A stretch of DNA of 64,000 nucleotides from Candidatus Dormibacteria bacterium (GCA_044450385.1 JBIOIZ010000001.1:25299-89298); one strand, 5' to 3'. Shown: positions 24,920 through 33,763, counted from the first letter of the stretch. Made by a program: numbers and translations. Notes: generated by a model from the letters alone, not told the origin.

Positions 24920-26031
24920 GGGGTCGCCTCCTCTCGATGCAACGGGATCGTCATGTCGAACTCGGCGCCGCTCCCGGGAACGCTCCGAGCCGCCACGGTT
25001 CCGCCGTGCCGTTCGGCGACCGTGCGCACGATGTACAGGCCGAGGCCACTCCCCGGCACCTTGCGCTGGCGTTCGGCGACCGATCGAAAATACTTGTCGA
25101 ACAGGTGACCCGTGTCGGCGACGGGAAACCCCGTGCCGTGGTCGCGAACCGTGAACCGCACGGAGTCGCCGTCGCGAGCCGCCAGCACCTCGATCGGAGA
25201 TCCAGTTGGCCCGTGCTTGACGGCGTTGCCCAGCAGGTTGGTCAGCGCCAGGATCACGCGGCGCCGATCCCCTTTCATCCTCAGCCCGTGTTCGCACTCG
25301 CTGGAGATCGGGGATTCGCGAAGCTTCGCCTCCATGGCGACGTGCTCGATGGCTTCGGCGACGACCTCCTCGGCGTCCATGACCTCGAGCGCGAGGCGGT
25401 CGTCAGGATCCTCGAGCCGTGCCAGCTCGGCGAGCGCGTTGACCATCCGAACCATCATCTCGGTGCTGGCCGTGATCCCTTCGATGGCGACGATCGCGGT
25501 CTCCGGCAGCGCGCCGAGCATTCCGGCGCTGAGCAGCTGTCCGTAGCTGTTGAGGATGGTGAGCGGGCGGCGGAGCTCGTGCATGGTGATCGACAGCGAC
25601 GTTCCCCGCGCTGACGATTCGGATGTCGCGCTGGACAGCCGATCCTCGAGGGTCGCAACGCAGGACGCGGCGAGGCGCTGCCCGACCGCCTCAACGTCGT
25701 CGGCGGTCGTCGCCGCGAGGGCCAGCGTCTCGTCGGCGTCGAGCCGCTCCTCGCGGATTGCCTCAGCGGTCACCTGGCGCAGCGCGGTGAGGTTGGCGAG
25801 GGCGTTCTCGAGCCTGCGTTCGAGGCCGGTGTCCACATCGAGATGGTGGTAGGCGATCAGGGGTCTGAAGTCGTCTGCCGTGAGCGCGACGAGCACAGCG
25901 TTGACGAACTGGCGCGGACCTCGGGCGCGGTCGAGAGGGGCACCGGGATCAGCCGGTGATATCTGCCTCGCCCACAGGTCGGCGATCCGCGCCGCGTGGG
26001 CTGCCAGGAAGTCGCTGAACTGCCGCGTCAC
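24916..26031 (-). CDS. Soluble (no TM) sensor histidine kinase
   Basis: H-box MHELRRPLTILNSYGQLL, N-box LTNLLGNAVKHG, and G-boxes DHGTGF and GSGLGLYIV. Its stop overlaps the fumarase ATG (ATGA). Start is GTG 26031 (TAGACT 8 nt upstream) or GTG 26052. Either start overlaps the upstream membrane-protein gene. Confidence 0.85.
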   Translation of the reverse strand: MTRQFSDFLAAHAARIADLWARQISPADPGAPLDRARGPRQFVNAVLVALTADDFRPLIAYHHLDVDTGLERRLENALANLTALRQVTAEAIREERLDADETLALAATTADDVEAVGQRLAASCVATLEDRLSSATSESSARGTSLSITMHELRRPLTILNSYGQLLSAGMLGALPETAIVAIEGITASTEMMVRMVNALAELARLEDPDDRLALEVMDAEEVVAEAIEHVAMEAKLRESPISSECEHGLRMKGDRRRVILALTNLLGNAVKHGPTGSPIEVLAARDGDSVRFTVRDHGTGFPVADTGHLFDKYFRSVAERQRKVPGSGLGLYIVRTVAERHGGTVAARSVPGSGAEFDMTIPLHREEATP

Positions 26032-27097
26032 GCCGCTGAAGTCTAGGCGCACCAGGCGTCAACTCCGCGAGCGCGGCATCCTCGGCGGCGCCAACCTCGG
26101 CCGCCAGCTCCAGCGGAGAACGATTGTTGCGCCGGTGGCGCGACCAGAGCACCGCTCCGAGAACGGCAAAGGGGAGCATCTGAAGGTCGATGAGAACGGA
26201 GATCGCTCCCGCATGTGCGACCGAGACGCCGGCGTGTGACAGCAGCGCCACCAGAACCCCTTCGCGGAGTCCGAGCCCGTTGATGCTGAAGGGTGCCAGG
26301 GCGACCAGCAGGGTGATCGGGATGCAGACCGCGAGCACGGTCCAGCTCAGATTCACCCCGATGGCGCGGGCGGCGACGCTGAGGGCGAGGAGGTTGAATC
26401 CCCATCCGGCGGCTCCGACCAGGAGTGACTGGGCGACGGCGTGGGGATGGTTGCGGTAGCCGGCGAACGCATCGCTGAAAGAACGCACGCCGCGGCTCAT
26501 CGCGCCGGACACCCGGGCGAGCAGCCGCTGCGGCACCAGGCGGTCCGCGCTGAGCGCCAGGAGCCAGATGACCACGACCGTCATGGCAAGGCCGGCGATC
26601 ACGATCACCACGCCGGTGCCGAGGAGTGCCCGGAGGAGGATTGCAGCGGCGATTCCCCAGCAGGTCATGCCGAGCATGCCGGCGAGGCGGCTGCCGGCGA
26701 GCGAGGCGAGCACGCGTCCGTGGCCGATCTGGCGGCCCATCTCGACGGTGCGCATCGCGTCGCCGCCGACGCCGGCGGGCAGCATCTGGGTGAAGAACAT
26801 GCTCTGGAGGTATGAGGAACTCAGGCGGCGCCAGCTGAGCAGCGAGCCCGAACCGGCGACAGCGGGTGCGGTGCGGAGCAGGACCCCCCACTCGACCACG
26901 CTCGCGGCGACCGCAAGCACGGTGAGACCGAGCGCTGCGGCGATCCAGAGCGGATCAGCGTGCGTCAGGCTCCCCACGGCCTGGGGCACGTTGATCGAGT
27001 GGGCGAGGATGGCGAGCCCGACGACCGTTCCGCTCACGCGGGTCCACGGCGAGCCGATCACGGCGCGCGCGGTCTGAAGGGCTCGTTTCATCTGCAC
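25949..27097 (-). CDS. Flippase-like / lysylphosphatidylglycerol-synthase TM-region family (UPF0104) membrane protein
   Basis: Eight or so TM segments, and FFTQMLPAGVGGDAMRTVEMGR, typical of the LPG_synthase_TM family. The Arg-rich C-terminal tail overlaps the kinase start. Confidence 0.7.
   Translation of the reverse strand: MQMKRALQTARAVIGSPWTRVSGTVVGLAILAHSINVPQAVGSLTHADPLWIAAALGLTVLAVAASVVEWGVLLRTAPAVAGSGSLLSWRRLSSSYLQSMFFTQMLPAGVGGDAMRTVEMGRQIGHGRVLASLAGSRLAGMLGMTCWGIAAAILLRALLGTGVVIVIAGLAMTVVVIWLLALSADRLVPQRLLARVSGAMSRGVRSFSDAFAGYRNHPHAVAQSLLVGAAGWGFNLLALSVAARAIGVNLSWTVLAVCIPITLLVALAPFSINGLGLREGVLVALLSHAGVSVAHAGAISVLIDLQMLPFAVLGAVLWSRHRRNNRSPLELAAEVGAAEDAALAELTPGAPRLQRRDAAVQRLPGSPRGADRRPVGEADITG
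26040..26045 (-). promoter_or_regulatory. Candidate internal -10 box (TAGACT) 8 nt upstream of kinase GTG 26031
   Basis: Minus strand reads TAGACT-TCAGCGGC-GTG. It lies inside the 3' end of the upstream gene. Confidence 0.3.
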
Positions 27098-27188
27098 CCA
27101 ATTGAATCAGGGTTGGGCCGGTCCCATGCGCCATGGGCCGTACCGTGACACGGCGTTCGCTCCTGCAACGGCATGAGCAGACGGCGCG

Positions 27189-28562
27189 TTACTCGGCCGC
27201 CAGGTAAGGCTCCCGGAAGGCCGTCTGCTCGGCGATGAACACCAGGGGCAGGTCGTCGACCGGCCCGTTGCGGTTCTTGGCAACGATGAGCTCGGTCTTG
27301 CCCTTGTCGATCTCACGGTTGTGCATCCCTTCTCGATAGAGGAAGAGTACGACGTCCGCATCCTGTTCGATCGAGCCACTGTCGCGCAGGTCGCTGAGCT
27401 GCGGGCGCTTGTTCTCGCGTTGCTCGGCCGCCCGGGAAAGCTGCGAGAGCGCGAGCACGGGGACGTCGAGCTCCTTGGCGATCGCCTTGAGCCCCGAGGA
27501 GATGTCCGACACCTCCTGGACGCGCGAATCGCGCCTGCCACCCTGCATGAGCTGCAGGTAGTCGATGACGATCAACTCGATCTTGTGCTGCGCCTTCATT
27601 CGCCGCGCACGTGCCCGCAGGGTGTTGATGGCGAGCCCCGGCGAATCGTCGATCCAGAGATCGGCGTGCGTGAGCGTGTCCATCGCCTTGGCGATCTTCT
27701 GGAATGCCATCGAATCCGCCTGACCGGTGCGGAGCATGTAGGAGTCGACGTGCGCCTCGCTGCAGATGAGCCGCTGGACGAGTGACTGCCGCGACATCTC
27801 GAGCGAGAAGACGACGACGGGGCGTCCGGCGAGCACCGCGGCGTTGCGTGCGATGTTGAGCGCGAACGACGTCTTGCCGACGGCGGGACGCGCCGCCAGG
27901 ATGATCAGCTCTCCCGGTTGCAGACCTTGGGTGAGCATGTCGAGCTTGGAGAAGTTGGTGGGCACGCCGGTGACCAGCTGCTTGTGCTCGATGCGCTTCT
28001 CGAGGACATCCCACCACTCCCGCACCACCGGCGCGATGTTGCGCATCTCCGAGCCGCGACTCTCCTGACCGATCTTGAACACCTCCTGCTCGGCCTGGTC
28101 GATCGCCTCGTTGACCGGGGTCGTGTTGTCGAATCCCAGCCGGCTCACCTTGCCGCCGGCCTCGATGAGGCGGCGCCGCAGCGCATGCGCGACGACGATA
28201 TCGGCGTAGTGCTTGACGCTCGCGGAGCTGGGCACTACGAGCGTGAGCTCGGCGATGTAATCCATGCCGCCTGCGCGGCCGATGCCGGGACCGCGCTCGA
28301 GCTGATCGCGCAGCGTCACCGTGTCGATCGCCTCGCCACGATCATCCAGCGAGAGGGCGGCGCGATACAGCACGGCGTGGCGCTCCGCGTAGAAGTCCTC
28401 TGGCACGAGCACGTCGCGCACGATCGACAGCGCCTCGCGGTCGATGAGGATGCCGCCGAGCACAGCCTGCTCAGCTTCGTTGTCGTGGGGCGGGACGCGC
28501 ATCGGCCCTGTCCCCGCAGTCGCCCCGTGTCCCAACAACTCGGTCTGCGGGAGAGTCGTCAT
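27189..28562 (-). CDS. dnaB: Replicative DNA helicase DnaB
   Basis: PPHDNEAEQAVLGGILID, Walker A ILAARPAVGKTSFALN, VIDYLQLM and IVAKNRNGP. At 457 aa it has no intein. Confidence 0.95.
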   Translation of the reverse strand: MTTLPQTELLGHGATAGTGPMRVPPHDNEAEQAVLGGILIDREALSIVRDVLVPEDFYAERHAVLYRAALSLDDRGEAIDTVTLRDQLERGPGIGRAGGMDYIAELTLVVPSSASVKHYADIVVAHALRRRLIEAGGKVSRLGFDNTTPVNEAIDQAEQEVFKIGQESRGSEMRNIAPVVREWWDVLEKRIEHKQLVTGVPTNFSKLDMLTQGLQPGELIILAARPAVGKTSFALNIARNAAVLAGRPVVVFSLEMSRQSLVQRLICSEAHVDSYMLRTGQADSMAFQKIAKAMDTLTHADLWIDDSPGLAINTLRARARRMKAQHKIELIVIDYLQLMQGGRRDSRVQEVSDISSGLKAIAKELDVPVLALSQLSRAAEQRENKRPQLSDLRDSGSIEQDADVVLFLYREGMHNREIDKGKTELIVAKNRNGPVDDLPLVFIAEQTAFREPYLAAE

Positions 28563-29005
28563 TGGGCCGCGACGACGACCTTGAGTGTCTCCGTGACCTC
28601 CGGGTGGAGCTCAATGGTGGCTTCGTGCGGGCCGAGGGAGCGGATCGGCGGATCGATCTCGATCTTCCGCTTGTCGATATCGATCCCCGCCTCGCGCTTG
28701 AGTTGCTTGGCGACGTCGGCGGTGGTGACGGTCCCGAAGAGCCGGCCCGCCTCGCCCGCCTTGGCATACACCGTCACGGTGAGCTTGCGCAGTCGCTGCG
28801 CAGTGTCCTTGGCGTCGATGAGTGCTTTCTCAACCCGCCGGCGGGTGGCCTCCTCGCGGCGTCGAATCTGGTCGACGGTGTTCTCGTCCGCGATCACCGC
28901 GAGGTGCTTCGGAAACAGGAAGTTGCGTGCGTATCCAGGCGACACCTCGCGAACGTCGCCGGGCTTGGCAGTTCCTGCCACTTCCTTCAGAAACAGAACT
29001 TTCAC
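28559..29005 (-). CDS. rplI: 50S ribosomal protein L9
   Basis: MKVLFLKEVAGTAKPGDVREVSPGYARNFLFPKHLAV. 4-nt overlap with dnaB. Confidence 0.93.
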   Translation of the reverse strand: MKVLFLKEVAGTAKPGDVREVSPGYARNFLFPKHLAVIADENTVDQIRRREEATRRRVEKALIDAKDTAQRLRKLTVTVYAKAGEAGRLFGTVTTADVAKQLKREAGIDIDKRKIEIDPPIRSLGPHEATIELHPEVTETLKVVVAAQ

Positions 29006-29382
29006 GAGACCGCCTCGCGCTCTTCGGGGCGCAGGCGCCGGTAGATCATCAAAGCGATACGTTCTCCGTTGCGGACATCGTCGTCGAAGCGGCTGCGACG
29101 TTGGGTGATCAATTCCTCCTGCTCGGCGACGACGTGACGCGGACAGGCGGCGATGAAGGCGCGAGTTGCAAGCAGGCTCAGGGCGAGAACGTCCAGCTCA
29201 CCGATCACCGGCAGCGACTCGGGAAGATCGACAACCGGTAGCGCGATGAGAGCCAGTCCGCCGCCGAACGCGAGCTTCATGTAAGGAGGCACGCGCGGGT
29301 CGAACATGAGGCAGTACGCAAGCCGCAGCATGCGCGGCAGATCGACGAAAAGGCGTTTGGCGCTGCGGAGCTTGCTCAACAT
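29002..29382 (-). CDS. DUF1232 (YkvA-like) membrane protein
   Basis: FDPRVPPYMKLAFGGGLALIALPVVDLPESLPVIGELDVLAL matches the DUF1232 pattern. 4-nt overlap with rplI. Confidence 0.7.
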   Translation of the reverse strand: MLSKLRSAKRLFVDLPRMLRLAYCLMFDPRVPPYMKLAFGGGLALIALPVVDLPESLPVIGELDVLALSLLATRAFIAACPRHVVAEQEELITQRRSRFDDDVRNGERIALMIYRRLRPEEREAVS

Positions 29383-29394
29383 CTCGAACCGCGC

Positions 29395-29400
29395 ATTCTA
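29395..29400 (-). promoter_or_regulatory. Candidate -10 box (TAGAAT) 12 nt upstream of the DUF1232-rplI-dnaB operon start
   Basis: Minus strand reads TAGAAT-GCGCGGTTCGAG-ATG, in a locally AT-richer 81-bp spacer. Confidence 0.35.
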
Positions 29401-29463
29401 CTTTGTTGCCGTTGTTCTCGATCAGGGCACACCGGCGCGAATGGTGGCTGCGGGGCGGCGCGC

Positions 29464-30861
29464 TCAGCCTGCACTCAGGAGCTCGGGGTGCGCCTCCACC
29501 CATTTGCGCGCCGCCGTACGGTCGCCCGGCGGAACCGTCCCCTCGATCACGGCTTCACGGATCGCTGTCTTCGCGCGTCCAACCCAGGGACCAGGGCCGC
29601 GTCCGGCCATCGCCATGAGGTCGTCACCGCTCAGGGGATCAGCCATCGCCGAGACCGCTCCCCCGGCGTCGAGTCGAGCCATCCGCTCGCCGAGCTCATC
29701 GAGCCCCTCGAGGGTTGGGTAGGCGGACGCCGTCGTATCCGCTCGCGCGAGGTCGAGCATCCTGTCGCGCAGGGGTCCGGCGTCTCTGATCAGCCGCCGC
29801 ACCGCCGCATCGCTGAACGACTCGCGCTCGTACTGGATCGGGCGCAGGTGCAGGCGCACCAGGCGGCTGACGTCGCTGATCTCGTCGTTGCTGAAGCGCC
29901 AGCGGCTCAGGATCGCCGCCGCCATGTCGGCGCCGATCTGTGGATGGTCGTAGAAGGTGTGGCGACCGTCGGCAGCGATCGCGTGAGTCGGGGGCTTGGC
30001 GATGTCGTGGAGCAGCGCCGCGGTTCGAGTCACCAGGTCAGCATGGGCGGCGTCGACGGTCGCGAGCGTGTGCCCGTAGACGTCGTGCGTGTGATAGCCG
30101 CCCTGTTCGATCCCGACAGCCGCAACCAGTTCAGGGAGCACGATGTCGAGGAGACCGGACTCCCGGAGCACCGCGATGCCGGCGCTCGGGTACGGGGCGA
30201 CGAGCATGCGGCGGATCTCGTCGCTGACCCGCTCGATGGAGAGGATCGACATTCGTCCAGCCTGGGCGCGCATCGCCTCAACCGTCCCCGGGGCGAGGTC
30301 GAACCCAAGCCTGGCCACGAAACGTGCCGCCCGGAACATCCGCAGCGGATCCTCGGCGAAGGTCTCGGCAGGGTCGAGCGGGGTGCGCAACACCCCGGCG
30401 ACGAGGTCGGCAAGCCCCTTGCCGGTGATGTCGATCACCTCGCCGTCGAGGCTCTGGCAGAGGGCATTCACCGTGAAATCGCGACGCCAGACATCCTCCT
30501 CGAGGGTGCCGGGGCGCACGTCAGGGTTGCGCGACTCCGGGTCATAGCGCTCAGCGCGCGCGCGGACACCCTCGACGATGAACGCGCCCCCTCGGATCTG
30601 GGCCGTGCCGAACCGCTCGAAGCGCTCCGGGGGATGCCAGCCGAACCGGGATGCCACCGCGGCGAGGAGCGGCATCGGTTCGGCGCCCACGGTCACCAGG
30701 TCGATGTCCTTGCTGAGCGCGCCACCGAGGAGGCGGTCTCTGACGAATCCACCGACGAGGTACACCTCGACGTCCTGGGCGCGAGCGGCGACGGCGATCG
30801 CCTCGAGGACGTCATCGAGCTCGGGCGATGCCGGGATCACCACACGGACGCTGGTCGTCAC
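29464..30861 (-). CDS. cca: CCA-adding tRNA nucleotidyltransferase / poly(A) polymerase family protein with HD domain
   Basis: VYLVGGFVRDRLLG...DIDLV, RDFTVNAL, and an HD region HTHDVYGHTL...LLHDIAKP. Confidence 0.85.
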   Translation of the reverse strand: MTTSVRVVIPASPELDDVLEAIAVAARAQDVEVYLVGGFVRDRLLGGALSKDIDLVTVGAEPMPLLAAVASRFGWHPPERFERFGTAQIRGGAFIVEGVRARAERYDPESRNPDVRPGTLEEDVWRRDFTVNALCQSLDGEVIDITGKGLADLVAGVLRTPLDPAETFAEDPLRMFRAARFVARLGFDLAPGTVEAMRAQAGRMSILSIERVSDEIRRMLVAPYPSAGIAVLRESGLLDIVLPELVAAVGIEQGGYHTHDVYGHTLATVDAAHADLVTRTAALLHDIAKPPTHAIAADGRHTFYDHPQIGADMAAAILSRWRFSNDEISDVSRLVRLHLRPIQYERESFSDAAVRRLIRDAGPLRDRMLDLARADTTASAYPTLEGLDELGERMARLDAGGAVSAMADPLSGDDLMAMAGRGPGPWVGRAKTAIREAVIEGTVPPGDRTAARKWVEAHPELLSAG

Positions 30862-32621
30862 GGGGTCGCGGACACCGGGCGAGCGGGCCTGCCACGCAGC
30901 AGCACCGCGGCAAGCAGCGACGCAACCGCCGCGGAGAGCGCCGCACCGAGGAACACCGCGCGCAGCTCGGTGACGATCGCGGCGGTCACGTCGCGCTCAT
31001 ACGCCGGGCAATTGAGCGGTGACGCGGGGCAGAGTGCCGACGGCGACGGAAACGCCGACGCCGTCGTGTAGAAGATGTGCAGGCTGACCGCGGTGAGGAT
31101 GGAGATGCCCACGAGCATCCCGATCATGCGCGCGACGACGACCAGCGCCGACGCCAGTCCGTGCATCTGATCCCGGACCGACGCCAGGATCGATGCGTTG
31201 ACCGGGGCGATCGCCAGTCCGAATCCCAGTCCGCAGGCGAAGAGCACCGGGTCGCTCGGATGCAGCCAGCCCGGTCCGAACGGGTCGCCCAGGGTGGTTG
31301 CCGTCCAGCGGGTCATCGCGAGGAACGCGGCCGCAGTGATCAGCATTCCTGTCGCGGCAACGAGACGGTTGCCGAGTCGCTCAGAGATCCAGCCACCGAG
31401 CACGGCACCGATCGGGACACCGACCAGGAGCCTGAGGAGCACCAGGGCGGCGCCCAGCTGGGAATTCGGATCGACGGTCGCGCGGGCGAGCACGGGGATG
31501 TCGAGCAGCGCCGCCATCAAGGCCGCCCCGACGGCGAGGTTGGTCAGCAACGCCCCATACGCACCTGGCGACCGCAGTTCACCCGCTGCGATCAGCGGGG
31601 AGCCGGCCCGCCGTTCCCTGATCACCAACGCTCCTGCCGCCACCGCGCCGAGGGGCAGCAGCCAGATCGCGTCGGGAGAGATGGCCCCGGCGGAGGGGTC
31701 CTGGGACGAGAAGCTGACGATGATCGTCGAGAGGCAGACGCCCAGGAGGGCTGCCCCGGGCCAGTCGACTGTCGCAGCAACGCCCGGAAGGCGCCCGACC
31801 TCAATCAGACTCCGCGTCGACCGGTGACCGCGCGCCTCCCAAAGGATCAGTGCCAGGGCGGCGGCCGCGGCAACGAGCGCGATCGGGGTCAGCCACGTCA
31901 TACCGCCGAGCGCGCTGTAGGCCACGCCGATCGTGTCGCTGTTGCGGAGCGGCCCGGGCGCTGCGATCGCCAGACCGCCGGCCGCGATTGCGACGGCGGC
32001 GAGCGTTATGGACACGCGATCCGGCCGCGGCCGCTGCGCCGCCGGAGCGCCGGCTGCGGCATGCCGGCCTGCGACCAGCAATCCGGCGCCGAGCGCCGCC
32101 GCGATCGGGAGGTTCAGCCAGAAGATCGTCTGCCAGCTCGCGACGGTGAGGATCAGCCCCCCGTAGAGGGGGCCGAGCACACTCCCCAGCTCCTGGACGC
32201 CGCCGATCACGCCGAGTGGCAGGCCGCGCCGCTCCGGTGGCCAGAGGTCTGCGACCAGCGCGAGCGTCACGGGCACGAGCCCGCCACCGCCGAGCCCCTG
32301 AAGTGCCCGTCCCGCCACCACTGATCCGAGGTCCGTCGCGGACGCCGTCACCAGTGACCCCGCCGCGAAGACCGCGAGGCAGAGGATCAGCAGCGGTCGG
32401 CGGCCATAGACATCCGAGAGCCTGCCCAGCAGCGGCATCACCACGATGTACCCGAGGAGGAATCCGCTGACGATCGGCGTGGCCGCCTGGAGCTGGTCGA
32501 CGCCGATGCCGACGTCGGCCATGATGGCGGGCAGCGCCAGGACGATGACGTAGGTGTCCATGGCAGCGACGAGCACCGACGCCGCCGCGATGGCGAGGAT
32601 CCAGCGCCGGCGCGCGTTCAC
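30858..32621 (-). CDS. MFS transporter, 14-TMS DHA2 (EmrB/QacA, P55-like) type
   Basis: MDTYVIVLALPAIMADVG, GRLSDVYGRRP (motif A), many TM segments, 587 aa. 4-nt overlaps with both the lipoprotein gene and cca. Confidence 0.88.
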   Translation of the reverse strand: MNARRRWILAIAAASVLVAAMDTYVIVLALPAIMADVGIGVDQLQAATPIVSGFLLGYIVVMPLLGRLSDVYGRRPLLILCLAVFAAGSLVTASATDLGSVVAGRALQGLGGGGLVPVTLALVADLWPPERRGLPLGVIGGVQELGSVLGPLYGGLILTVASWQTIFWLNLPIAAALGAGLLVAGRHAAAGAPAAQRPRPDRVSITLAAVAIAAGGLAIAAPGPLRNSDTIGVAYSALGGMTWLTPIALVAAAAALALILWEARGHRSTRSLIEVGRLPGVAATVDWPGAALLGVCLSTIIVSFSSQDPSAGAISPDAIWLLPLGAVAAGALVIRERRAGSPLIAAGELRSPGAYGALLTNLAVGAALMAALLDIPVLARATVDPNSQLGAALVLLRLLVGVPIGAVLGGWISERLGNRLVAATGMLITAAAFLAMTRWTATTLGDPFGPGWLHPSDPVLFACGLGFGLAIAPVNASILASVRDQMHGLASALVVVARMIGMLVGISILTAVSLHIFYTTASAFPSPSALCPASPLNCPAYERDVTAAIVTELRAVFLGAALSAAVASLLAAVLLRGRPARPVSATP

Positions 32622-33301
32622 CCGCTGGCGGGCGGCGGCGTCACTGATATGTTCTCGCCATAGTTGGTGAGAACGAGAGCATAGATGGTGTCAACATTGG
32701 CGGTGACGAACGGCCCGGTGAGGACGACGCGCCGGAGCTGGTTGGTGCTCGTGTCGATACCGAAGGTTGCGGCGACGGACTTCGAGGGCTCGGCGCTGGT
32801 GAGCAGTGCGGCGACCGCAGTCCCCGGAAGCGTGCAGCCGATCTCGTGCAGCGCCTCACCGTTGTAGCGATCGTCGCTCTCGACCTGAGGCGACTGGCAC
32901 TTCAGCAGGAGCGATGAGAGGCCGGTGTTCGGGTCGATGAGCTTGGCGGGGTCGGCGAATCCGTAGTCCGCGGGATTTGCGTTCGAGAATCCCGATCCCG
33001 TGGGCAGTTTCACCGAGAACGTGCCCCCGACCGAGACGACCGGCACGCTGAGGGCAAGGCCGAAGATGGACACCTGGAGCACCCCGGACATGCTGTCGGG
33101 CCGCTTCATGTCACCGCTGCCACCGGTGAGCTCCGCGCCCGACCCGCTCACGTTTGCGCTGGTGAGCACGAAATGAAATGAGGGGGTGCTGTCGATGACG
33201 CCCTTGGTCGTCTTCAGCAGCGACTTCGCATCGAGTGACGGGCCGCCGCAGGCGCCGAGCAGCAGCAGCGACGCTGTCGTGATCACGGCGAGGCGGCGCA
33301 C
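32618..33301 (-). CDS. lprG: LppX/LprAFG family lipoprotein (LprG-like)
   Basis: Lipobox LLLLGAC. DPAKLIDPNTGLSSLL and LTNYGENISVTPPP align with remembered M. tuberculosis LprG (DPAQVLNPDTGLANVL, LSKWGEKVQVTKPP). Start GTG 33301 was chosen; the ORF-track start at 33394 would overlap the divergent csaA gene. Confidence 0.8.
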   Translation of the reverse strand: MRRLAVITTASLLLLGACGGPSLDAKSLLKTTKGVIDSTPSFHFVLTSANVSGSGAELTGGSGDMKRPDSMSGVLQVSIFGLALSVPVVSVGGTFSVKLPTGSGFSNANPADYGFADPAKLIDPNTGLSSLLLKCQSPQVESDDRYNGEALHEIGCTLPGTAVAALLTSAEPSKSVAATFGIDTSTNQLRRVVLTGPFVTANVDTIYALVLTNYGENISVTPPPASG

Positions 33302-33359
33302 GTCCGCGATGGTGTTCCCTCCGAACGTCAGGTGTCGCGGGCGAGTATAGGTGTGCCGA

Positions 33360-33365
33360 TACACT
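33360..33365 (+). promoter_or_regulatory. Candidate -10 box (TACACT) 7 nt upstream of the csaA-like GTG
   Basis: TACACT-GCCACGC-GTG. Confidence 0.35.
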
Positions 33366-33372
33366 GCCACGC

Positions 33373-33732
33373 GTGACTGAGGCGAGCGCCGCATCGGCGG
33401 AGATCGACGCGGCGCAGTTCTTCGCGGTCGACATCCGGGTGGGGACCATCGTCAGCTGCGAGGCGTTTCCCGAGGCGCGGCGCCCCGCCTACCGTATGGT
33501 GATCGACTTCGGTCCACTCGGCACCAGGCGATCCTCCGGCAGATTGACCGACCACTACACCCCCGAACAGCTGACCGGAAGCACGGTCGTCGCCGTGGTG
33601 AATCTCCCGCCGCGCCAGATCGGGCCGGTTCGTAGCGAGGTGCTGGTGCTCGGCGTCTACCAGGAGGGGTCGGATCGCGTGGTCCTGCTCAGGCCGGATC
33701 ACCCCTGCGCCCCCGGCGACCGGGTTGCCTGA
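33373..33732 (+). CDS. csaA: CsaA-type tRNA-binding domain protein (EMAP/OB-fold chaperone)
   Basis: FFAVDIRVGTIVSCEAFPEARRPAYRMVIDFGPLGTRRSSGRLT closely follows the CsaA consensus. Confidence 0.85.
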   Translation: MTEASAASAEIDAAQFFAVDIRVGTIVSCEAFPEARRPAYRMVIDFGPLGTRRSSGRLTDHYTPEQLTGSTVVAVVNLPPRQIGPVRSEVLVLGVYQEGSDRVVLLRPDHPCAPGDRVA

Positions 33733-33763
33733 GGTTCACGCCCCAGTGGCGGCGTGAACCTCA
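33730..33763 (+). promoter_or_regulatory. Perfect 13-bp stem / 8-nt loop hairpin spanning the csaA stop codon and the next gene's GTG start
   Basis: TGAGGTTCACGCC (33730..33742) pairs with GGCGTGAACCTCA (33751..33763); loop CCAGTGGC. TGA is at 33730-33732 and GTG at 33754-33756, inside the 3' arm. No U-tract follows. Confidence 0.6.

Noticed and set aside
24920-25297. N-terminal extensions offered by the ORF track: the first 126 codons of 23480..25297, the first 76 codons of 58941..62726, the first 90 codons of 37790..38797, and the first 233 codons of 48946..51621.
   Set aside because: The extensions are Arg-rich and overlap neighbouring real genes. Family N-termini with SD or -10 signals occur at the internal starts.
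27189-28562. Intein in dnaB.
   Set aside because: The protein is 457 aa with contiguous helicase motifs, so there is no insertion.
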